This document shows positions 9,793-16,843 of a stretch of DNA of 64,000 nucleotides, in pieces. The notes beneath the pieces were generated by a model. That model did no database searches. It saw nothing but the letters and a program-made list of their open reading frames with translations, and was not told the DNA's origin. Both the position numbers and the translations under genes were made by a program. Origin of the DNA: a virus. The stretch covers positions 1 to 64,000 of the IMG/VR virus record IMGVR_UViG_3300017766_003987. One strand, given 5' to 3'. The number at the start of each line of letters is the position of its first letter. The stretch's first letter is position 1.

Positions 9793-9999
9793 ATGTTCAT
9801 CGCCACCGCAATCGTTAAGGGTCTCAAGGTCGAGGTCAAGGCGACCGCCCGCTTCACGGCCGCTGCAGCCCTCGCTGAAATGTATCCCAAGGCGCAAGGG
9901 ATTATGACCGCCGAATTGGTCGCCGGTAACGGGGCGTACGTCGAAACGAACCGACGGATCACGGTGCGCGCGCCAGGCGGCGAATGGCGAACAATGTAA
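9793..9999 (+). CDS. Hypothetical early protein
   Basis: Cassette promoter and RBS. Confidence 0.7.
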   Translation: MFIATAIVKGLKVEVKATARFTAAAALAEMYPKAQGIMTAELVAGNGAYVETNRRITVRAPGGEWRTM

Positions 10000-10054
10000 A
10001 AATAAAATCTCAAAAGGGGTTGCGTCTCACGCGGGAGCGTGGGACGTTGGGTCA

Positions 10055-10175
10055 TAGGGAACGACGTGCACCGAGCGGCACGGCGGATGTACCAAGGCAG
10101 CCGATTTTTCTGAGATGACTGCTTCGGTCAGGTTCTCCCCGGGCGGCGGGCACGCAAAAACGTGTCAACCGAAAA
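10055..10175 (+). ncRNA. Putative small ncRNA, copy B (homologous to 925-1095)
   Basis: Behind promoter 10017-10048, no RBS/ORF; aligns with copy A. Confidence 0.55.
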
Positions 10176-10365
10176 GATCTCGCTTGCCCTAGGAGGTGCA
10201 AAAATATCTCGCTTGCCGCTCTTTCCCCTTGACATCTGCTCGAGCAGCAATCGGGCGCCAACCGAGCGGGGTGCGCGTGCTGGTCGGGCGTGGGATTGTT
10301 GACCATGGAGGGAGAGAACCCCGATGGGTATTTACCTGGACAGGTTCTTTCCCGGGAGGGTGAAG

Positions 10366-10690
10366 GGTGCCTCGGGCACCGATCAGCATCCCACCTAAGT
10401 TAGGTGCCTCGGGCACTAGTCGAAAAATGAAATGGTGCTCAGGCACCTATCAGCATCCAACTAGTTGCCTCGGGCAATAGGTGCCATTCTACCTATCAGG
10501 ATCGGAATAGGTGCCCCAGGCAATAGGTGCCCCAGGCACCAATTGAAATCGAAACCATTCGGATCCTACCTATCAGAATCCTCATAAGATCAAATTTTGA
10601 AAAACCCCATAAGATCAAAATTTGAAAAACCCCATAAGAGTAAAAATCCCCGTAAGATAAATTTTTGAAAAAGCCCATAAGATTAAATTT
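10366..10690. repeat. Right-boundary repeat array: GTGCC-N3-GGCAC palindromes, CCTATCAG motifs and about 25-bp CATAAGAT...TTGAAAAACC units
   Basis: Palindromes near 10367, 10404, 10435, 10465, 10511, 10527; CATAAGA-type units at 10583, 10608, 10633, 10651, 10676. Confidence 0.85.
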
Positions 10691-11035
10691 TCAATCGTCA
10701 ACCGGCCAACCGTCGAGCCCAATCAAAGGACGAGGCGATCCCTTTTCCGCGGCCTGTTCCGTGCTGTCGTGGTGCAGCTTGCAGAGCCCTTCATGATTGG
10801 ATCGTCGCCAGAAAATCTCCACGTTACCCCGGTGTGGTTGCTTGTGGTGAACAACTGTTGCAGGTTCTGTTAAACTCTGCTGTTCACACATTACGCATAG
10901 TGGATGTTCTTTGAGGAATTGCAGACGATACTTGCGCCACTTGTAATTGTAGAGATGGGCCCAAGGGCGTTGCTTCCCCTTCCATACGCCCCCCTCTCCC
11001 TCCCCCGGGTCCCCTCCCCCCGTCATCGCCCCCAC
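10691..11035 (-). CDS. HNH endonuclease (packaging-associated HK97 gp74-like)
   Basis: W...R..FL..HPLCxxC...ATVVHH..PHRG...FW..SN..GLC..HH...IGLDGWP; start uncertain. Confidence 0.85.
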   Translation of the reverse strand: MGAMTGGGDPGEGEGGVWKGKQRPWAHLYNYKWRKYRLQFLKEHPLCVMCEQQSLTEPATVVHHKQPHRGNVEIFWRRSNHEGLCKLHHDSTEQAAEKGSPRPLIGLDGWPVDD

Positions 11036-11144
11036 CCCCTACCCCCGGGCCCCCGCCCCCATAGGGCCCCCGTCAGCAACGCCCCGCCCCGCATGGGGTT
11101 TCCCCCTACTGACGTGCGACGACAAGGGCTCATGTGCGGAAACG

Positions 11145-11687
11145 TCATCGTGGCCAACGTCCTGAGGTCTTCATTTCGAAGATGTTATGCTGAAGCGTGT
11201 CGGCCCAATCCTCCGCCCAACCGTATTGCCTCGACCACCAGCCAGGCGTGCCGATGCTGCCATATTCGCTCGATAAGACGATCTTGCGTTCCTTTGCATC
11301 CGCCTTTCGAAAGTTAGCAATGAGATCTGCAACCCATTGCGATGCATAGGGCAGCATCCCATCCTTGCTGATAGGTTCCCACTCGTCGCCTGTAAACAAT
11401 CGACTGCCGATCACCAGTGCTCGGAACGAAATATGCGACCACAGGAAGGCAAGGCCCTCAAGGTAGGCCGTGCGCTGGTCCGTATGGCGAATGACTTCTT
11501 TGTGCCAATCAGTCCAATTGCGCCGACTGTCCTCGTCCAGCTCAAAGGTGCCGCTGACCGATATCGTTCCCACGTCGCCGGGAAACGATGCCATCCAACG
11601 GTCAATGACTTCGCCGACGTTTTGAAACTGCCCGTCCTGTGAGAGAACTTCGATTTTATGCGTCTTAAGAATTGGTGCTGTCGCCAT
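11145..11687 (-). CDS. Hypothetical protein
   Basis: ORF in leftward operon, GGAGAG RBS. Confidence 0.7.
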   Translation of the reverse strand: MATAPILKTHKIEVLSQDGQFQNVGEVIDRWMASFPGDVGTISVSGTFELDEDSRRNWTDWHKEVIRHTDQRTAYLEGLAFLWSHISFRALVIGSRLFTGDEWEPISKDGMLPYASQWVADLIANFRKADAKERKIVLSSEYGSIGTPGWWSRQYGWAEDWADTLQHNIFEMKTSGRWPR

Positions 11688-11988
11688 CGGTCTCTCCAAG
11701 ATCCACGTACCTGATCAACGACTTCTTAATCGTTGCATCGAAGTACGAACCATGCGTGTATCCTACGTTCTTCCAATTGTTCCTGGCAACTGTGGCCTGC
11801 CCTCGAGTGTCGAAAACTTCAGGATGAGCATGCCATTTCTTTTGTGTGTCGAGCTTCATCAGCAATACGTAACCGGTATTCGAAGCCAATTCCATCTCCA
11901 ATTCAATTTCAGCTGCTCGAACTGCACTCGACACCAACCCGTCCGCTTGCATGGACTGAGGTGTTCTCCTCCCTCGTCGAGCTGACAT
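11665..11988 (-). CDS. Hypothetical protein
   Basis: ORF in operon; start uncertain. Confidence 0.6.
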   Translation of the reverse strand: MSARRGRRTPQSMQADGLVSSAVRAAEIELEMELASNTGYVLLMKLDTQKKWHAHPEVFDTRGQATVARNNWKNVGYTHGSYFDATIKKSLIRYVDLGETDGDSTNS

Positions 11989-11992
11989 AGTT

Positions 11993-12343
11993 TTATCTGA
12001 TATCGACCGGCAATGCGTCCACGACATCACAAAACCACTTGTACCATTCATCATGGGTGGTCGAGTTTGAGGGGACGATTCCTTCAGGGGCCTTCAGCTC
12101 AAGTGCGGTAAGGCAAAGATCGATCATGTCGTTCGACCAATACGCCGCGATACCCATGAAACGGGCTTCGAACGGCGAGCTAGTAAATTTTTGGGCTGAC
12201 TCTTCACATTCGTACGAATCCGAGCTGCCTGCATCTTTGAGCATACGAAGCATTAGCCGTGCTGTGCGCTTGTCACGCTCACCCACTGCGATGATCGGTT
12301 CTTCAGACGTGTCGATCATAGTCGATTCTTCAGGAGTGCTCAT
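11993..12343 (-). CDS. Hypothetical protein
   Basis: GAGG RBS, overlap with upstream ORF. Confidence 0.7.
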   Translation of the reverse strand: MSTPEESTMIDTSEEPIIAVGERDKRTARLMLRMLKDAGSSDSYECEESAQKFTSSPFEARFMGIAAYWSNDMIDLCLTALELKAPEGIVPSNSTTHDEWYKWFCDVVDALPVDIR

Positions 12344-12591
12344 TCAATGTACCTCGTTTCAGGGAGGGGTTGATGGATGCGCCTGTAATGCTCGATATCG
12401 CGCAAAGCATCGTCTTCGGTGGCGCGCCAATAGGCATCAGGAAGATTCCACCATACATCAAACCACAAGAAGTGGTTGCGAACCTGAGCAATGCAAAGTC
12501 GCTCCCGTCTATCTGCGTTAGGCCCAAGGGTAATCACTATGGCCCATCTAATACGAAACTTCGGTAAATTATTAGATGGGCACTTGGGCAT
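12340..12591 (-). CDS. Hypothetical protein
   Basis: Tiles operon. Confidence 0.6.
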   Translation of the reverse strand: MPKCPSNNLPKFRIRWAIVITLGPNADRRERLCIAQVRNHFLWFDVWWNLPDAYWRATEDDALRDIEHYRRIHQPLPETRYIE

Positions 12592-12864
12592 TCAGATCTC
12601 CAGCGCTTTTCTGATTTCGTTCATCTTTGAGCGTCGCCCAGCATAATACGCTTGCTCGAGCATGGGGATCGCGCGTTCGGCTGCTTCACGGGTGTCGAAG
12701 TACATTTGTACGTCTAACAAAATGCCATGAGGTCCAGGCCCACCGGGACCGTTGCAGTAATAGAGCCACTCGGGTCGCATCCCGTGCGGACCGCCCATCG
12801 AACCCAAGGCATGATAATCGTTATGCACAGTTTGGACATCAAACAACTTCGGTTTGTCAGTCAT
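12592..12864 (-). CDS. Hypothetical protein
   Basis: Tiles operon, GAGG RBS. Confidence 0.65.
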   Translation of the reverse strand: MTDKPKLFDVQTVHNDYHALGSMGGPHGMRPEWLYYCNGPGGPGPHGILLDVQMYFDTREAAERAIPMLEQAYYAGRRSKMNEIRKALEI

Positions 12865-13120
12865 CACAGTCCTCGCAATGCTCATCGTCGTCTTCGTTGT
12901 GCAACTCGTCGGTCGAGCAACACCACCCGCACCGGTCGCACCAAAAGACTTTGTCATCGAGCAGCTGAAGCACGCGCTTATCGTTGATTGCGTCCACAGG
13001 AAGGGAAAGCTCTTCAGCCGCCTCGGTGAGTGCCTGCTCGTTAAACACCGTGCATTGATCTACCAGCCGATCCGCGGCGAGGTCAACGAGCTTTTCTTGT
13101 TCCTGTGGCGTGATAGTCAT
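12857..13120 (-). CDS. Small acidic Zn-finger-like protein
   Basis: CDRCGW...CEDC. Confidence 0.7.
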   Translation of the reverse strand: MTITPQEQEKLVDLAADRLVDQCTVFNEQALTEAAEELSLPVDAINDKRVLQLLDDKVFWCDRCGWCCSTDELHNEDDDEHCEDCDD

Positions 13121-13350
13121 TTGCGAAACATTTGACCTTTCCCGTGCACCTGTCGCATCTCAGCGAGGACTTCAACAACCGTCGCACCCTTGCCGACACC
13201 AAACACCTTGATCGCCCGCTCAGCCTGAGTTTGCGTAGCATAGCGACTGCCTTCCCATTCGACAACAAGCACTTGATCTGAGACCAACGTTGCTTGCACG
13301 TTTATCTTGACGAAGTCGTCGCCCACCATGATCATGAAGGGTTTCTTCAT
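13117..13350 (-). CDS. Hypothetical protein
   Basis: Tiles operon. Confidence 0.65.
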   Translation of the reverse strand: MKKPFMIMVGDDFVKINVQATLVSDQVLVVEWEGSRYATQTQAERAIKVFGVGKGATVVEVLAEMRQVHGKGQMFRK

Positions 13351-13649
13351 TTCTCATATCCCCACTTCTTTGCAGTCATCGTGATTGCGACCAGCTCGAT
13401 TGAGGTGAAGATGTAAAAGTCGAGGGGTCGAGGCTGTCCGCCAAGATAGCGGGCGATCATCCATACGACGCCACCGAAGATAGCTGCAAGCGCTACCTTG
13501 CCGAGGAAATAAATCAGGCTCATTTCAGGGATTCCTTTATTCGATCTTGAGCGATCATAACAGCGTCGAACATACTTGTCTTCGACCGTTTTGACTTCTC
13601 GAATTCTTCAAGCAGAATCTCGTCAGCGCGCGACGGATGAGCGAAGGCA

Positions 13650-13871
13650 TCAAATGGAATCCTCTTCGGGGAACTGCGCGGTCTCAAACCGCATGCCGAT
13701 AAGCTGATGCGCGAAGACGATATTCTTCACGCCGCAATGCTCAGCGAGCCTGATGAACTCCCGAGCACCTTCGTCCGTCGTCATGAGCAGCTTGAGCCAT
13801 CGACCTGTGCTGGTCTTATACTCAATAGTGCCTTTCATGATATCGACACGGTAGTCGACAATGAGTTCCAT
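13650..13871 (-). CDS. Hypothetical protein
   Basis: TAATG overlap. Confidence 0.65.
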   Translation of the reverse strand: MELIVDYRVDIMKGTIEYKTSTGRWLKLLMTTDEGAREFIRLAEHCGVKNIVFAHQLIGMRFETAQFPEEDSI

Positions 13872-14059
13872 TACGTAGCAGCCTTTTCGACCTTCTCAGC
13901 CGCGAGTGCCATCTGAAAGTAATAGTGCTTTTCTTTGACAAAGTATTCATATGCCAGGTCAAAGATTGGGATGTGTTTCAATCGCTCTTCTGCCTCTACA
14001 GCGAGCTGTAACCATTCGTCGGAGGTGATTTCTCGGTTTGTATCAAGAAGGGTCATCAT
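13871..14059 (-). CDS. Hypothetical protein
   Basis: Tiles operon. Confidence 0.6.
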   Translation of the reverse strand: MMTLLDTNREITSDEWLQLAVEAEERLKHIPIFDLAYEYFVKEKHYYFQMALAAEKVEKAAT

Positions 14060-14241
14060 CACACAGGCTCGCTTGTGTTGAGGATTTTCCAGAGCAGAAT
14101 CTCGTCCTCGGTCTCTGCCCAACCTTCAGGCTTCTCGAGATACTTCTTGACCAGCGCAACACGGTTCTTTTTCGTGTCCCGATGACCCTGAGCGATCAAC
14201 AGGCGGGCAACGACCCCATGGAGTTTCTCAGCGACAGTCAT
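14059..14241 (-). CDS. Hypothetical protein
   Basis: ATGA overlap. Confidence 0.65.
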   Translation of the reverse strand: MTVAEKLHGVVARLLIAQGHRDTKKNRVALVKKYLEKPEGWAETEDEILLWKILNTSEPV

Positions 14242-14708
14242 CGCGCCCCCTCGACCATGCGACGAGCCAGGATGTCGCCGAGGCTCTCGCCCGAATCCGA
14301 GTAGGTATCGATCACCGACTCAGTTGCATGATAGAAGCACTCGTCGTTATAGTCATCGTAGTATCCACCATAGTAACTATCATACAGACCGACTTCATCT
14401 TCTTCTTGCTCACGACCCCAGCGAGCACTTTCTTCGTCGTAGATCTCGTGTTGTTCACGCTCATACTCGTCTTCGTAGAGCATTTCGTAGAAGGCTTCGT
14501 TGGCCTCATGCATCTCGAGCGCCTCTTCACGCTCTTCTTCAAGATCCTTGAGTGCCGCAGCGACGACCGCACGTGTCTCACGTCGTGCTTCACGGCGATT
14601 CCACTTCTTTGCGAAACGACGACCGAGCATGCCGCTGACTTCGGCATCACCGATGCCTGCCCACGAACCGACATGACCACCGACCGAATCCTTGCACGAG
14701 TGAGACAC
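14238..14708 (-). CDS. Protein with basic N-terminal half and very acidic Tyr-rich C-terminal half
   Basis: GGAGG RBS, GTG start; composition. Confidence 0.75.
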   Translation of the reverse strand: MSHSCKDSVGGHVGSWAGIGDAEVSGMLGRRFAKKWNRREARRETRAVVAAALKDLEEEREEALEMHEANEAFYEMLYEDEYEREQHEIYDEESARWGREQEEDEVGLYDSYYGGYYDDYNDECFYHATESVIDTYSDSGESLGDILARRMVEGAR

Positions 14709-14742
14709 TTGAAACCTCCGTTGCGTTGATGACCTTACTATC

Positions 14743-15060
14743 TCACGACTTCAGATCTGAAGGCAAGTCGGGAAAGACAAGAGGCCCACAAAAAGCGATA
14801 ACGAATTCGCCCTCTTCATCATGCTCGGTCGTCCAATGAGCATCACACTCTTCGCTTACGGCACGTAACACACCCCAGCCAGGAGGGCCTACTATAACTT
14901 CTTCTCGTTCACGAGCAGGATTCCAATATGCCCATCCTTGGTAGTCATCATAATCATAGATCATGTGCCCTTCAAGGTATTCGCTATCCCCCGAATACAA
15001 CACGCGATACCAACCTTCTTCAGTCGGCGTGTTGCCGAGGACCCATTTAAGTGCAGCCAT
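14743..15060 (-). CDS. Hypothetical protein
   Basis: GAGGA RBS. Confidence 0.7.
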   Translation of the reverse strand: MAALKWVLGNTPTEEGWYRVLYSGDSEYLEGHMIYDYDDYQGWAYWNPAREREEVIVGPPGWGVLRAVSEECDAHWTTEHDEEGEFVIAFCGPLVFPDLPSDLKS

Positions 15061-15063
15061 TGG

Positions 15064-15537
15064 TCATCCTCTCGGTTCATACATTGCGCAATCGTCGCCG
15101 TCCGGCATAACTAATGCCCCCACCCAATAATTAACCAAGGCGGCGACACCGGCTTGCCAGCCGTAGGCGGTGACAACTGCATAGTGTTGGGTGCGCAGAC
15201 GCTTGTGCCAGTCGATTTGTTTATCGGATCGCCCGCCTGCTTTGGTACCAAAATGCTTGGGCACTTTGAGCTCGAGATAGAGCCCAGCGAACTGATGCCG
15301 AGGCACAGGCCAAACGAGATCAGGCACACCAGAGCGAACACCTTCGGCTTTGAGGGAAGCAGCAACACTGGGCCGCCGGTCACCACCATTTGGGACTGCA
15401 AATAGCATGTCGAGATCCGGGATAGGCTGTCCATTCGTCTTGCCTCCGTCAATAACTGTCCATTGAATAATAGCGCATTGATGACCGTGCTCGGTTCCGC
15501 TCGCTGCGAGCTGGGCGGGTGTGATCATCTTGCCCAT
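15064..15537 (-). CDS. VRR-NUC domain nuclease
   Basis: EHGHQ...FAVPNGG.R....LKAEGVRSGVPDL...LYLELK...SDKQ..W. Confidence 0.9.
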   Translation of the reverse strand: MGKMITPAQLAASGTEHGHQCAIIQWTVIDGGKTNGQPIPDLDMLFAVPNGGDRRPSVAASLKAEGVRSGVPDLVWPVPRHQFAGLYLELKVPKHFGTKAGGRSDKQIDWHKRLRTQHYAVVTAYGWQAGVAALVNYWVGALVMPDGDDCAMYEPRG

Positions 15538-15577
15538 CGATGTTGTCCCAGCATCGGGATCAATAGCACCACGAACC

Positions 15578-15988
15578 TTAGCCACCGATAGCATCCTTTT
15601 GATACATTGGGCCCGTTCGAGCCGAACCGCCGTGAGCTTCATGTTGCAATTGTGCGGCAACAATTATCGAATCTTTTAACTTGCCTTTAAGAACGTTGAT
15701 CTGCTGCATCCTTGATCCGGAAAGTTTCTTGTATCGACCCAGCGAGTGTTGCAAAGCCATATTGCTGAGCTCAAGCAATTCAACTTGCTTGACAAGTTGC
15801 TCCCCGGTGCACTGTCGCTTCTTTCCCGTGCGTGGGTCCTCGACCCAGTAGAGTTGTTCGTTATCCTGTAGGATTACATTCTGAAGACGCAATTTCCAAA
15901 TAGTCAACAATAAGTCGTCTTCACTTTTGCCGACAAACTCAAGATGAAGTTCGTCCAAAACATCCTTAATGCTTCTTTCCTCAGTCAT
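15578..15988 (-). CDS. Hypothetical coiled-coil protein
   Basis: AAGGA RBS, ATGA overlap. Confidence 0.65.
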   Translation of the reverse strand: MTEERSIKDVLDELHLEFVGKSEDDLLLTIWKLRLQNVILQDNEQLYWVEDPRTGKKRQCTGEQLVKQVELLELSNMALQHSLGRYKKLSGSRMQQINVLKGKLKDSIIVAAQLQHEAHGGSARTGPMYQKDAIGG

Positions 15989-16425
15989 GGCATAGTCCTT
16001 TCTTCGATGATTGAACCGTCGGGCATGACGATCCAAAGAGGTTTCAACTTCTTACGTGCATACCGAACTGTTGTCCAGGTTCCGCTACGTGCGATCTCAG
16101 GGCAGAAAGGTGTCGCAATCATTCGTCCCGATGCGTCCACAATGTCCCGATCCCGAACCTTATACTCTTTATCCGGATGCATGACGTTGCAATCTGTGAA
16201 AGTCTTCAATTGTCCAACTCCCCCTCGATTGATCGGCGGATGCCCATGGATCAAAATCGAAGGTCCTATGCGAAGAGTACGCAAGAGCCAATGATACTCG
16301 TCATCTGATCCCTTGCATAACCCATGGTGCGCTTCCTTTATCAACCAGCTCGAGCACAAGTCAAATACAGATCGCCACTGGGCTGTTTGCATCCCCATGC
16401 GCGTGCCTGTAAATCCTACTATCAC
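15985..16425 (-). CDS. SLOG-superfamily (DprA/YspA-like) nucleotide-binding protein
   Basis: VGFTGTR, HHG.C.G.D, RDRDIV, SGTWTTVRYA motifs. Confidence 0.8.
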   Translation of the reverse strand: MIVGFTGTRMGMQTAQWRSVFDLCSSWLIKEAHHGLCKGSDDEYHWLLRTLRIGPSILIHGHPPINRGGVGQLKTFTDCNVMHPDKEYKVRDRDIVDASGRMIATPFCPEIARSGTWTTVRYARKKLKPLWIVMPDGSIIEERTMP

Positions 16426-16499
16426 TGTCTCATTCTCCTATCCAAATTCGCCCCAAACAATATAGGGCCTCAACGTTTCTGCGGGTCTCAGCAAGACGC

Positions 16500-16840
16500 T
16501 CCCCTCTAAACATCCCTATAACAACAACAAAAACAACAACAATAACAACAACATAAATATATATAGGGTATTATTATTATAGGGTATATATGAACGCTTT
16601 TGGCTTTCGTGTTACGAGTTTTATGCGTTTATTGTGCTTTTTGTTATCTTAACCCGTGCTCTTTTTTGTGTGTGCGTTACCCCCCTCCCTATAATTAAGC
16701 CCACCCCCGAAATCGAAATCGCCAAATTTGTCAATGAAATCAACATGTTAGGGATTTAATTTAGGGGTAATAAGGGGGTAAAATCCTGCGTTATCATAGG
16801 GTGTTTAAGGGGGTGAGGGGCGATTGGTAATTGCAGATTA
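16500..16840. other. AT-rich non-coding region with (AAC)n and TATA tracts; putative replication origin
   Basis: Strong AT and strand skew immediately downstream of the primase gene. Confidence 0.55.
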
Positions 16841-16843
16841 TTC

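Larger units (their letters stand above)
1101..10048. promoter_or_regulatory. About 22 copies of a sigma70-type early promoter cassette GGTTGC-(17-nt spacer ending TGG)-GATAAC, usually followed by CGAAACGAAAGGAACCCCNCAAATG
   Basis: Minus-strand copies near 1101, 1381, 1875, 2142, 2690, 3083, 3915, 4411, 4674, 4953, 5258, 5651, 6234, 6495, 6771, 7303, 7911, 8342, 8990; plus-strand near 9121, 9736, 10017; further copies near 19807, 35150, 37458, 39952, 61931. Confidence 0.85.
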
